Of a stretch of DNA of 64,000 nt, positions 12,675-26,000 are shown one piece after another. This DNA is from Zygnema circumcarinatum SAG 698-1b. Taxonomy: Eukaryota > Plantae > Zygnematophyceae. Position numbers and translations under genes: made by a program. Below the pieces are notes generated by a model. It was not told the DNA's origin. It saw nothing but the letters and a program-made list of their open reading frames with translations, and searched no databases. Positions within the stretch are counted from its first letter, which is position 1. Each line of letters begins with the position of its first letter. The stretch covers positions 1,674,001 to 1,738,000 of the forward strand of contig CM074804.1 in assembly GCA_037447605.1 (NCBI GenBank), written 5' to 3'.

Positions 12675-14233
12675 TTAGAGGTCGCTCTGCGGCCTGAAGT
12701 ATTGCACTGTGTTCTCGATCATCGATTGGAACGCGAGGAAGTCCTCGCGCATGCGCACATTGTAGCGGTACACGTCAGCAAGGTGGAGGGAGAGATCCTG
12801 CCACGTCACCTCATCGTCGTCGTCCACATACTCCTCCAAGCCTGCTCCCACCCCCCCTCTCACCCCATGAGAGGCAAAACAACTCCTCTCTCTCTCTCTC
12901 TCTCTCTCCCTCCTCTTTCTCACCCCATAAGAGACGTAATATGCTCACAGTCTCTCACCAGGTGAGAGGAGGAACAAACTCTCTTTCTCCCTCCATCTCT
13001 CACCCCATAAGAGACGGAAGATCCTCTCTCTTACTCTCTCGCTCCCTCTCCCTCACTTTCTCATCCCATGAGAGACGGAGCACACGTACTCTCCCTCTCT
13101 CACCTCACGAAAGGCAAAACAAACACCCCAATCTCTCTCCCACTCTCACGAAATGAGAGAAAGATCACACTTTCTCTCTTTCCCTCTCTCACCCCATAAG
13201 AAGCGGGAATTTTTCGGGAGGGCGTGCACATGCTTTAGGGGGAAAAGCGATGCATTCCTTTTAGGGATGAAAGATATTTCAGGGTTCAGGACATGAGCGT
13301 TTTTTGGGTTTCGGTAACAAAATTCAAGATTTTTCAGGTTTTAAAGTTTCAGTATTCAAAGTTTCAGACTTTAGGGCTTTGGCTTAATCGTTTTAGAGTT
13401 TGAAGGTAATTCAGAGTTTAAGGATTTTAAGGCCATTCGGGTTCCAAGAACTTCTGCAGTTGTCGAGATCTCCTTCACAAAATCTAAGCCTCAGAAAACA
13501 TCTAAACGCAACATTAAAAAAAAAAAAAACTACATTCACATTTGAAATTCTCACCACTCCTTACGAGTTGCCGATATTTATTTCGAAAAATTAGAGATTT
13601 TATGGTTTATTGTAACTGAAAACTCACATGGAGCCGCCGGCAAGTAGTCGTCATATGTGAGCCACGAGGGCTTCCGGAGTTTCCGTACGAGCATCCCCTG
13701 ATAGGCCGTGTTGCTGCCGTACTTGGAGTAGCTCGCGGACTTTCGCCGTTTCTTTGCGGCGGGTTCGTCAACGGAATCCCGTTCAGTTTTCGCAGAACGG
13801 CTCCGTAGCGTGTCACGGAAAATGGGAGCACTGAATATCCGAGGGACGTGGGCTGAGCCGAAAGGCACGTGGGGCATTCTGCCGATCTGCAAGGGAGGGG
13901 GCGGGAAATGGGATTAGGGTTGGGGAGAGGGGAGAGGGAGGGAGAGGGGGGGAAGGGAGAGGGGGAAGGGGAGGAAGGCGAGGGAGGAGGGAAAGGGAAG
14001 ATGGCGAGAGGGAGAGGGGGAAGGAAAGGGGGAGGGAGGGGGCGAGGTCGACAGAGAGGGAGGGAGAGGGAGAGGGAGAGGGAGGGTACTGTATGTGCTG
14101 CCGCAGAGAGTGAGGAGGCGGCGTCTTGCATGATGTTGTTCCCGCGCTGCATGAAGCCGGAGAACCCATGCCGCATCGCCGCATCCGGACGCAGGTCCCG
14201 CCCGGAGGCACTTCGATCCTCCAGATCGGTAGC
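12675..14233 (-). other. Second copy of the last three exons of the At5g16520-like gene (inside the duplication)
   Basis: Same exons as 16003-14445, shifted by 1770 bp. Confidence 0.75.
12857..13202. repeat. Array of 8 short palindromes CTCTCA-N5-TGAGAG (second copy at 14627-14972)
   Basis: Units start at 12857, 12917, 12952, 12997, 13058, 13097, 13143 and 13186. Three are perfect 6-bp stems, with loops CCCCA, CCAGG and CGAAA. Confidence 0.75.
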
Positions 14234-14444
14234 CTGTGGGGGGGGGAAGAGAGAAGGGAGAAGAGAGAAGAGGAGATCGAGAGAGAGGGAGAGGGAGAGA
14301 GAGGGAGAGAGAGGGACAGAGAGGGAGAGAGAGAGGGAGAGAGAGGGAGGGAGGGAGAGAGAGAGAGAGGGAGAGAGAGGGAGCGAGAGAGAGAGNNNNN
14401 NNNNNCCCTATACCCTCTCTCTCCCTTCCCGCAGAATTTCGGGT

Positions 14445-16169
14445 TTAGAGGTCGCTCTGCGGCCTGAAGTATTGCACTGTGTTCTCGATCATCGATTGGA
14501 ACGCGAGGAAGTCCTCGCGCATGCGCACATTGTAGCGGTACACGTCAGCAAGGTGGAGGGAGAGATCCTGCCACGTCACCTCATCGTCGTCGTCCACATA
14601 CTCCTCCAAGCCTGCTCCCACCCCCCCTCTCACCCCATGAGAGGCAAAACAACTCCTCTCTCTCTCTCTCTCTCTCTCCCTCCTCTTTCTCACCCCATAA
14701 GAGACGTAATATGCTCACAGTCTCTCACCAGGTGAGAGGAGGAACAAACTCTCTTTCTCCCTCCATCTCTCACCCCATAAGAGACGGAAGATCCTCTCTC
14801 TTACTCTCTCGCTCCCTCTCCCTCACTTTCTCATCCCATGAGAGACGGAGCACACGTACTCTCCCTCTCTCACCTCACGAAAGGCAAAACAAACACCCCA
14901 ATCTCTCTCCCACTCTCACGAAATGAGAGAAAGATCACACTTTCTCTCTTTCCCTCTCTCACCCCATAAGAAGCGGGAATTTTTCGGGAGGGCGTGCACA
15001 TGCTTTAGGGGGAAAAGCGATGCATTCCTTTTAGGGATGAAAGATATTTCAGGGTTCAGGACATGAGCGTTTTTTGGGTTTCGGTAACAAAATTCAAGAT
15101 TTTTCAGGTTTTAAAGTTTCAGTATTCAAAGTTTCAGACTTTAGGGCTTTGGCTTAATCGTTTTAGAGTTTGAAGGTAATTCAGAGTTTAAGGATTTTAA
15201 GGCCATTCGGGTTCCAAGAACTTCTGCAGTTGTCGAGATCTCCTTCACAAAATCTAAGCCTCAGAAAACATCTAAACGCAACATTAAAAAAAAAAAAAAC
15301 TACATTCACATTTGAAATTCTCACCACTCCTTACGAGTTGCCGATATTTATTTCGAAAAATTAGAGATTTTATGGTTTATTGTAACTGAAAACTCACATG
15401 GAGCCGCCGGCAAGTAGTCGTCATATGTGAGCCACGAGGGCTTCCGGAGTTTCCGTACGAGCATCCCCTGATAGGCCGTGTTGCTGCCGTACTTGGAGTA
15501 GCTCGCGGACTTTCGCCGTTTCTTTGCGGCGGGTTCGTCAACGGAATCCCGTTCAGTTTTCGCAGAACGGCTCCGTAGCGTGTCACGGAAAATGGGAGCA
15601 CTGAATATCCGAGGGACGTGGGCTGAGCCGAAAGGCACGTGGGGCATTCTGCCGATCTGCAAGGGAGGGGGCGGGAAATGGGATTAGGGTTGGGGAGAGG
15701 GGAGAGGGAGGGAGAGGGGGGGAAGGGAGAGGGGGAAGGGGAGGAAGGCGAGGGAGGAGGGAAAGGGAAGATGGCGAGAGGGAGAGGGGGAAGGAAAGGG
15801 GGAGGGAGGGGGCGAGGTCGACAGAGAGGGAGGGAGAGGGAGAGGGAGAGGGAGGGTACTGTATGTGCTGCCGCAGAGAGTGAGGAGGCGGCGTCTTGCA
15901 TGATGTTGTTCCCGCGCTGCATGAAGCCGGAGAACCCATGCCGCATCGCCGCATCCGGACGCAGGTCCCGCCCGGAGGCACTTCGATCCTCCAGATCGGT
16001 AGCCTGTGGGGGGGGGAAGAGAGAAGGGAGAAGAGAGAAGAGGAGATCGAGAGAGAGGGAGAGGGAGAGAGAGGGAGAGAGAGGGACAGAGAGGGAGAGA
16101 GAGAGGGAGAGAGAGGGAGGGAGGGAGAGAGAGAGAGAGGGAGAGAGAGGGAGCGAGAGNNNNNNNNNN

Positions 16170-16205
<36 letters not shown>

Positions 16206-16354
16206 GAGAGACAGAGAGAGAGAGAGAGATGTGTTATGGACATAGGATTTGGGCTACGGTCAATAGGCAGTCGTCAGGCACTTTAAGCAGATAAAGGTCG
16301 ACACTGCCAAGAAATTCACAGCTAGGAACACCTCAATAACCCCAAAGGCAGAGT

Positions 16355-16391
<37 letters not shown>

Positions 16392-19300
16392 TCCTTCATC
16401 ACTCCTCTCAACACAACTTGGCCCCTTCCCTCCGTCCCTCATCGTCCAGCGTCCCCTCTCTCCCTCGCTGTTCAAAGCTCCGTCACCACTTCTGCTCCTC
16501 CCCCGTTTCCTCCTCTCTCACCCTCCCTCCCCCTCCCTCTCTCACTCTTCCTCCCTCCCCGTCACCACCCTCTACTCCTCCCCCCGTTTCCTCCTCTCGC
16601 ACACTCCCTCCACCTCCCTCTCTCCCTCTTCCTCCCTCCCCGTCACCACCCTCTACTCCTCCCCCCGTTTCCTCCTCTCCCACCTCCCACACCCCCATCT
16701 CTCTCCCTCTTCCTCCCTCGCCCACTCCCTCCCCACCTTAATCCCTCTCGGTCTCGCTCCCCCTCGCCCGTTCCCAGGCCTCTCCCCCTCCACCACCCTC
16801 ACCCTCTCCCTCCCCTCCCTTCCCCTTCCCTCCCTCTCTCTCCCTCCTCCTCCCTCCCCTTTCCCCTACCCCTTACTTCCCCACCCCCCACCATCCCTCC
16901 CTCTATGCCCTCTCCCTTGCCACCTCCCTCCCCCTCTCCCGCCCACCTTCGTCCTTGTGTTGGGCGCACTCTCGGAGCGCTTCATCTCAGGTAACGGCAC
17001 CACCGCCTTCTCCGCCGTCCCAGTGGGCCCCGCCTCGTGGTGCCCCGTTCCATGCAGTGCCGCCGTTCCGGCCTGCACGACGGCGGCCGCGGCGGCATGT
17101 GCCCCGTGCGCTGCGGCCGCCCCTGCGCCGGCGACGGCGTGGACTGCGCGAGGAAGGAAGCCGCGGCGCCGCCTCTCTTCGTCTCCCATAAGGGGGTCTG
17201 CCTCGTCGGGGGTTAAGGGAGTCTCCGCCTGCGGGAGTGGGAGGGAGAGGGAGGGGGAGAGGGAGGGGGAGAGGGAGGGGGAGAGGGAGGGGGAGAGGGA
17301 GGGGGAGAGGGAGGGGGAGAGGGAGAGGGAGAGGGAGAGGGAGCTTAGAACAAGAGGGTATGAAATTGAGGGAGTCTCCTTTAGGAGGGGGTGGGAGAGG
17401 GTTCAGGGGCGTGAGTTCTATGCACAACTCACGGAGGCTGCCTTCTGTGTGGGAGCCGCCGCGAGTTCAATGTCCGCCCGCTCCTCCTGCACTAACCCCG
17501 CAAAACTCACTTCAAAACTCTAGTTTTTTTATTTTATAAACCCGACATTACAGAACCCTAAAATGTCCGCAAGACGCAACTCGAACCCGTTCAGAAAAAC
17601 CCTCCCTGAAACTCGAAAACCCCATTCTCGAAGTCCAATAAAATCGAATCAAGTCAAAATCCTTCAAAACGGGAAGCAACACCTCAAACTCAACCTCCTA
17701 ATAGAACACATACGCATCTACAACATCATCACCGAATCCACAACATACTCCTCTCCCTCACCTTCACATCACCGAGATCCCCTTCTCCTAAAGCATCACT
17801 CTCGCCATATGGCTCATCCCTCTGTCGGTTTCCTCTTCTTCTAAGGAACCCACTGAAGTAGCCCTCCTTCTTCTTTCCCTCCAGCTTCTCTCTCTCCCTC
17901 TTCGCCAGCTCCGCCAGCATCTCCCGCTGCTCCGCATCCCACTTCTCTTTCTGCTCCTTCCAGTGCTTCAGGAGGAGATAGGTACGCATGATGGCTCGGA
18001 GCTGCGGGGAGGGAGAGGGGGGGAGAGAGGGAGAGGGAGAGGGACAGGGAGAGGGAGGGGGAGAGGGAGAAAGGTAAGAGTCGATTACCTTCAGGGTTTT
18101 AAAAGACATTGAAGTTTTTAGGGCTTCTTAAGTTTTGCAGCTTGAGGATTTCAGTGTTCTCAAATTCTAGGGTTATCGGATTTCGACGTTTTGCAAACTA
18201 ATGGGGTTCCAAGTTTTAGGGTGGGAGAGGGAGAGGGAGAGGGGGAGGAGGGAGGGAGAGGGAGAGAGGGAAGGAGACGGAGTGAAAATGTGAGAGGGTG
18301 CGGGAGAGAGAGAAAGGGGGAAGGAGAGAGAGAGGCAAAGGCAGAACGGCGGCAGGATGGGAGAGGGTCGAACTGGTGTGGAGGGGAAAGGGGAGATAGA
18401 GGGAGTGAGAGACACCTTCTTCCAAAGGGAGCGTCTCCGTGCGACCCTGTGGGCCATAACGAGGAGCTTTTCGTCGTATGCCAACATGCGCACTCGGATC
18501 TCAACCTGCAAACAATACAGGCCCAAGTATGGAGTTCTCGTTTATTTCTACTTTTGCTGAAAGGCCAAATTAGCGCTCACTGTGGAGTAATCCACGCACA
18601 ATGCTTGACAAGAAAACGTGCAAAAATGAGAATTATCTTCCACTTTCCATACCTCCCCCCCTTTTTTTTTTTTTTTTTCGTTTTTAGTATTTGGAAGGAG
18701 GTTGTAACCTGCAGCTGAAGGAGGTAGAAGAGGCTGATGCCCAACATGTACAATCCTCCAATCTGCGATAAAAAACTCACTGCAGAAGCAAAACACCAGG
18801 CATCAGTCAGGGGGGCTAGGAGGAGGATTGGTGGGAGAGGGAGAGAGGAGGGCGAGGAAGGGAGGGAGAGTTGACGAGAGGAGAAGGCGAGGAAGGAGGG
18901 ACTATTTTCTCCTCTCCTAGGAAACAGAAGAGAAAAGCTGAGGGGAGAGGAGACGGCAGTAAAGAGGTAAGGAGAGGAGAAGAGACGGGGACAGGAGATG
19001 AGAGAGGAGGGAGTAGAGTGGGGAGAAGTGAGGAGAGGAGAAACGAGAGAAAGGAGAGAGAAGGGAGAATTGAGGAGAAAGGTGAACAGGCTCAGAAAGA
19101 AGAGCTCCAAACCCAACCTTCACTCAACAAGCGAAAGCACCAACTCCTCACTGCTTGAGAGAACCAACGCCAACCCCGCCAGCCCTAAAACTCTCAAACC
19201 CACGCATATCAACCCTCAGCATCTCTCTCGCTCTCTCCCCCCCTCCCCTCCCCCCATCCCTCTCTCCTCTCCTCTATCCCCTCTCCCCTCTCGCCCCTCG

Positions 19301-21914
19301 CCCATCCCCTCGCCCCTCCCACTCCCCCTCCCCCTCCCCCTCCCCCTCCCTCTCCCTCTCCCTCTCCCTCTACCTCTCCCCATCTCTCTCGCTCCCCCTC
19401 CCCTTACCTCTCTCTATCTCTCTCCCTCTCCCTCCCTCTTTATCTTCTCCCAAGATCCGAATCGTGAAGCGATTTCTTACAAATGTCACCCAGCGAGTTT
19501 GAACTTTTCGTTGTTTCGACGATATATTCGGAGTTGATATTGACTACCACCGTTATCTTCAGCGTGTCGTTAGGGTTTGCAATGGAAGCCATAACTTCCG
19601 TCGTATTGGTGAGGAGAGTTCCCTCAAGAAATTGCCGAAAAGTCGTCTGCAAAATCCTCGTATCGTCTTGATCTGTCAAATACCTCGGAATAAGTAGCCA
19701 CTCCAAAATATTATTTAATGGCCCGCGATATACTCCCTCAGGATTCGTTGCTCCACTAGCTATCGATTCTACATTTCCCTCACTTGTTCTCATAGTAAAT
19801 TCCACTCCCGTCGCTAAAGCAGGGCGCCCAGGCTTATTGATAAAGTCAAAGGTGACGTAGAAGTAGTCCACTGGGAAGCTACAATCGTTGCAACTGACTG
19901 TCAGCTTTGGACCTTTATCTGTGTCTTCACATTGGTGAGTTACTCCGGCATCATCTAAACTGAACGGCCGTTCTATGAGAATGCTATCTGCCACTGTTTC
20001 TGAAATGCTGTATTGGCTGCAATCCATGCCACTAACAACAGTGAATTCCCACAAAATGTCGTTTTGAAACTGAGAAATGCTTCGTCCAAGGTTTGCAACC
20101 AAACTCTGAACAACAGGTTGTTTCACAGCAAACTGCGCATAGGTCAACCTGCAGAGAAAAGTATCCACAAGGAAGCGCACAACTAACAATATTTAAGAAA
20201 AAATTGTCTTAATGTACGGTAGTAGTTAGAATGTGGGTTGTTAGGGAATTGGGGTGCTATTAGGGTCTTTAAGATTGCGGAATTATTTGAAAAATGTACG
20301 AGAATCACGAATACAAAAGCGTTGGTTTTGAATTTCTATGTGTGTACGTTTATCGTAATTTTTGCATAGAACATGGGCATGCTGAATAGGAAGCCTCAAA
20401 AGGGACGTGACAGCGCCTTAAATTTCACTCCCCTCCCAAAAACCTTAAAAACCCTAAAAATCCCCAATCCTCGCCCTCTAGGTCCTCTCCCTTCATTCTC
20501 CCGTCTTCCCCCTGCCTCACAAATCGACTTCAAAGCTCCTTGGATCCCTACAATTCTTAAGGTACTCAATGAAATTTTCTACTTTGAAATCGTCGGGCCC
20601 AACAGTTTTCTTACCTTCTGAAGGTTTCACTGAGGTCCAGATGTAAACCGAAGTGAAGGCTACCAGCTTCAAGTTTGAAATTGATTTTTAACTTATTGAT
20701 TTTAAAATTTCCATTACTACAGTACAATGTTCCCACTCACCCCGACAAAGTTCCGACAGTGAAAATGTAACTCGCCACGGAGCAGATTCCCCCGAGCTCC
20801 GTGCGCCGCTTGATCAACACTTTTTGCTCATCCTGCGAGGAAAAATTCAAAATGCGGATGTAGATGAAATCAGACTCAACCACTTGAGGGGCTTTAACAT
20901 TTAGAACTGAATAATACCCCACTCCCTAGGTCCCCTTTTTTCACTCCCCCACACCTCACGTTCTCTCTCTTTGTCTGTCACTCTCTCCCCCTCGCCTTTC
21001 CACAATCCCAGTCCTCTCAATCTTCCCATCCCTCCACACCTTTTCCCCATCGTTCCAAACACTCCTGTCCTTTCTCGCCCCCCCCCTCTCCCCTCTCCCC
21101 ACTCCACTCTCTTCCTCTCTCCCTCTCTCCCTTTCTCCCTCTCCCCTCTCCCTTCGCCCCTCGGCCCTCTCCCCTCACCCCTCTCCCCTCTCCCCCTCCC
21201 TCTTCCCTCTCCCCCGCTCTCTCGCTCTCTCTCCGCTTTCCCCCCCCCCCCGTCCCGGCCCCCTCCCTCTCCCTCTCTCACCAGCCAGTGCTTGCTGTGG
21301 TGTGGTGTGGTGGAGTGTGGTGTGTAATGTGTGGTAGGTTTTTAGGGTTTCCCCCCCTCTCCCCTCTCCCCCGTCCTCCCTCTCCTTCCCTCTCCCTCTC
21401 TCACCAGCCAGTGCTTCCTGTGGTAGCGCCTGTCAAGCCGGCTGAGCTCCCAGCGCAGGACGAAGCGCCATCCCCCCCCGGGCGTGTTCCCGTCCCCCAA
21501 CGGAATCACGCGCACTGCGCAGGCGAAGGCGAGCCACACGAAGATGAGGACGATGGTGACCAAGAAGAAGATGGTCTGCGAGCCCTGCTTCTTCACGAAC
21601 GTGAAGTCCTTGATGTTGTACGGCTTGAAGCTCGTCTCGTACAGCTCCTCAACATCTTGTCCCGTAGCGTTCTTGAGGAAAAAATCGTGGCATGTTCCGT
21701 TACGGTAGTACTGAGAAACGGTACAAATGCATGTGCCTTGACCTTCAACGACGATGTATTCAGCGCCGGAGGGGCAAACGAGGGAGGGAGGAGGGGAAAG
21801 TGAGGGGGGAGGGGAGAGGGAGGGGGGAGCACGCTGCGCGAAGGCGGAGGGAGAGTGGGAGAGGGTGAGGGAGAGGGTGAGAACAAGGAGGAGGGAGAGA
21901 ATGGAGGACCCCAT
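14445..21914 (-). CDS. Plant multi-pass membrane protein, At5g16520-like, with an N-terminal signal peptide and Cys-rich extension
   Basis: Exons are 21914-21405, 20832-20741, 20148-19481, 18779-18709, 18505-18416, 18001-17762, 17519-17433, 17228-16947, 16003-15860, 15656-15398 and 14611-14445, and they join in frame. Motifs LGDG...RW.LSRLD...HWL-DEQKVLIKRRTELGG, SFLSQIGGLY and VYRYNVRMREDFLAFQSM match my recollection of this family. Confidence 0.8.
16480..16700. repeat. ~81-bp CT-rich minisatellite (~2.7 copies), intronic
   Basis: CCCCGTTTCCTCCTCTC recurs with CGTTT at 16504, 16585 and 16666. Confidence 0.7.
17236..17342. repeat. (GAGGGG/GAGGGA)n hexamer tract with G-quadruplex/H-DNA potential
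   Basis: Uninterrupted purine tract with regularly spaced G runs. Confidence 0.85.
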
Positions 21915-22329
21915 GGCTAATGGGAGAGGGAGAGAGGGAGAGAGCAGGGGGCTCACATCCTATGGAGTTTACGGGACAGGTCCGGCATGAGGGAGAGAGA
22001 GTGGGAGAGAGCGGGCAGGAGAGGGCAAGATCTCGAGGGCCTCCGCAAACCCTAAAACGGAAGGGAGCCGCACGTGTCGTCCTCTGCTAGCCGTTGGCAG
22101 TCATCCAGACAGGGCCGTACGTAATTCGTACAGTTTCCCTTTGACCATTCACATTGAACCGACCACTCACGTCGTTTTGTACCGTTTTGTCTTTTGTGCC
22201 ACTTGGCGGCCACTGCGACTTGGGAATTCGGAATGCTGACGATAATTGTACCAGAAGTGACGCCATTAAGGCTGTGATTGGTCCGTTCGACGTGTCAGCG
22301 GACAGCGCCTGGCCGTACGGGACAGCATG

Positions 22330-22460
22330 TCAGGATGTCAGGCATGTCAGATGGCATGGCATTGCATGGCATGGCATGACATGTGCCAGAGTGCCAGTGT
22401 GGCACATGAACATGGCGCATGGGATGGCGAAACATGGTGAAGTGCGGGGCATGGCATGGT
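22330..22460. repeat. Degenerate (GGCAT)n pentamer tract
   Basis: GGCATGGCATTGCATGGCATGGCATG... between the PFK5 3' end and the promoter of the membrane-protein gene. Confidence 0.6.
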
Positions 22461-23006
22461 TCGACCAGAGACCATGAGTAAAGCTTTAGCTTGCCCTTTT
22501 AACGAATCAACGTTGACTTGCTGAAGAGTAAAGCCAGCACATGTTAAATATAATTCCCAGTTGCTGTTCACACTATGGGCCTCATGAGTCTGCTTCACTC
22601 GGAGAGGACGCACACACGCCTGCTCCAAATACGCTATGGAGAACACTTTTAAAATAAGTGCAATGAATTTTTTCTTTGACTTACAATACAATGTATCACC
22701 ATAACCGCTTTAAGTTAATGAGTACCCCTTTTTCTAACAATTATTAGTTTCCTCTCGTCCGCTCCCCCTTCCCTCTCCTTCCTTTCTCTTTTTGCCCTTC
22801 GCGCTTAGCTCCTGCCTCTCCACATGGAAACTCGCTCCGGTTCAGCGGATGTTCAAGTCTTATTATTGATCCATGCAGCCATCTTCTCCGCCATTCAGAC
22901 GGCGCTGGAGAAGAAATCGCGCTTTTCCGAAGGAGAAAATAACGAACGACACATGCTGAATAGCCCAGAGAAGGCTATAAAAAAAATTTCATCCTTTTGA
23001 AGTCTT

Positions 23007-26000
23007 TCAAGCGAAGTCTGGTTGACCAGTGGCGGCTAAGCACCGATGCCACATTCGCCCATTTGGATCGACATTGCGGGCGTATCTGATGACTTCAGGG
23101 ATGGGAATATACACATAGTGAGTGTTCACAAGGCCTACAGTGATGCCGGAATATCCTGCAAAGGCTCCATGGACCTGCGGAGGGAGAGAGAGCGCATATT
23201 CCCCATCAAATAAGGACAAGAAAAAGGGACAGCCACGATTTAGTAATCTTCTAATTCTCAATGAAGCTGTGAAGTGAAAGCATTGTGTGAGAGGAGGCGG
23301 AGGGAGGAAAGGGGGGAGAGAATCGAGGAGAGATGCGAGAGTGCAGATCCTTGTTCAATAAACAAAGCAAACGTGAACCCCCATGCTTATGTCCCCTCCA
23401 AAGTTGTAAAGCGATGGGGAGGACAGATGACGAAGGGGAGAATAGAGGAGAAAATGGAGTGGAGAAGAGAGGAGAGGAGAGGAGAGGAAGGGAAAGGCGA
23501 GAGTGCATACCTCATCAACTAAACATGATAGAATTTAACCCCCCATGATTATGTAACTCTCAAAATATGCAACAAGCCGTGAGGTGAAATGGGAGGCCTT
23601 AAGATGGCGGAGGAGAGAGGAGATAAAGAGAAGACAAGAAGAGAGTGGATATCCGATAGGAAGAGGGGATAATGGGGGTTCGAACTAGGCCTTCGTTCAA
23701 TGCGTGAAGACCTTAAGGGAGCAAATTACGGACAGAGGGAGAGGAGTGGGAGAGAGACTTACAGCGTTCTGACCAAGGACAGCACACACGATGCTGTCTG
23801 ATGCGTTGGCCCGGCAGGCTCGGATCATATAAGTGGGGTCAATGTACTTCGCATCGGCAGGGAGGTTCTTTTCCTTGAAATGCTTACGGACCTTCACCAC
23901 AAAGCACCCACAACGAAACCAAAGCCATCAAATCATTGAAATTACAAGTGGAAGTCATCCCAGAGTTTGGATAGATGAGGGGGATAAGAGGACATGTCAT
24001 GATACAGAAGCTGGCAATGCACCCAAAGTGAAAAATCGAGGCTCGTAGTAATAAGCGATTTGCTTGAAGGACCTGACATCCAGATCTTCTAGGTTTGACC
24101 TATGACCCATACAACCACCATCACACAAAGGAAGCCTGTCCTCCGGCGGCTACCATTCTAACCGTTCATACGGCTACTACGTTCCCCAATACCTCTACTG
24201 TCCCTATCACCCGTATCCTCTCCATCATCCTCACGATCACCAGCCCGACCTCTGCCATCTATATGTGCATGTTCTCCCCAAACTCGCCTAAACCAGACAT
24301 AAAAAATAACCCCCATCGCTCTGTTATACCACCTTAGCCAGTTTCAGTTGACTAACCTTTTTCAACAAATGTACGCCGATATCCGCCAAGACGGGATTTC
24401 CGGAAGCATCGGTGCCACCCTCTCCTGCCAAAAGGTCCTGATTCCCCAAATAGATACATAAAAAAAAGCATTACAATTTCCGCCCTAGTACCTACTACTC
24501 TCCTCCCCCTCGCCCTAGTTTCCCCCTCATAACCCTAATTATATTCCTAGTCTTTCACTCACAAACGAAGACTTCAAGAACCATAAAGGAAACGGAAGAA
24601 CAAAGACCGAAAACTTTCTCAATTAAGCTATTCGTACCCTACAGTTCGCTGTTTCAACCTTGGTATGTTATGAATGTGAAAGGGCCCACCTGACCGGCTC
24701 CTTCAGCAACGCAGATCATGGCATGGCCCTTTCGCTCAAGCAGATACTCGAGGTGCTGCAGCACTCCGTTAGGCCCGTCGATAGAAAAGGGTACCTAAAA
24801 AAAAGGAAAAAAAAAAAAAAGAATCCACCATTAAATCGTGAAGTTCTGCTCCTCCTCAAAAAGAGAAACAGACCCATGAAGTCCTTCAAGTAGTCTTCAA
24901 ATGGGAGAAGCGGACTAGCCACTGATTTCCCCTGATGTTCACAGAAAGCAGCCGGGACGATTGACCAGTGAAGCCTTCAAGTCAAACTTAGCTTTCACCG
25001 GCGAACTAGGGAAACACTTATTGTATTGCTTACGCATTTCGAAACCAGAACCAGTTGCAATGTAGCTGAAATTAATGAAATCTCGAGTGAGAGGCTGTCG
25101 GAGGACTGAATATTGTCAGCTCACAAGATGGTGTGAGAAACAAGCACACACGAGAAAAAAGAACGGAGCATATTTTTGGGAAAAATGGCACCTCGGGAAT
25201 TAGACAAACGTCCACTTGTCCTGAGGCCAAGCTGGCATGCATTGCGATGAAGCCGCTCTGCCGTCCCATTAACTTCACAATGCCAATGCCATGGTAGGCA
25301 CTCTGCGCCTGCATGGCGAAAAGGACCCACCTGGCTAGCGTAATCAAAATGCAGGGGACTCAAGTGCTGAAAAGCATCGTAAAATTCTGATATTTAAAAT
25401 AGGTACTCAGCATATTCAAAATAAAGTACTTACTCAATCATGGATACCTGATATCAACAGTTAATTACACGACTTTAAAGCAGCGTTGCGGCTGCAGGGG
25501 AGTCTATTGAAAAAAAAAAAGGTTCAAGGTAGAACGTCCGCTTCAGGAAAAGCAGAATCGCGCTGGTAAGCTTGACCTCAAACCCTGAACTCCCTAAGAA
25601 CATAAATTAAAATTTGATACTGATCTACTTGCTCTCGTCGCTGGTTTTAGGGGCTGGCTTCCATGTTGCAGTTCTGCTCAAATTTCAACTCAGGCTCACC
25701 TCAACGGAGGCAGCATGGATTGCACGCTGTGCCTCCTCTACCGCCGTGTCAAAACCGAATGTTTTATCCAACAGCAAAATATCGTTGTCAATGGTCTTTG
25801 GCACCCCAACAACTGCTAATTTCATTTTTCGCTTAACAGCCTGCAAGATATTTGGCCCCATTCACCACTTGAATCAGCACCATACTCACACTTATACATC
25901 AACAGTAGCTACATCCACATCGATGTTGGTAGTAACACTAACATCATAGTTGATGACCTACATCATTCTGCAAGACGTGGTATGATAAGCACTCACTTCT

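Larger units (their letters stand above)
12636..16159. repeat. ~1.76-kb tandem duplication (12636-14395 / 14406-16159; period 1770) separated by a 10-N gap; likely scaffolding artefact
   Basis: ORF translations of both copies are identical and each copy ends in a GA tract at an N gap. Confidence 0.9.
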
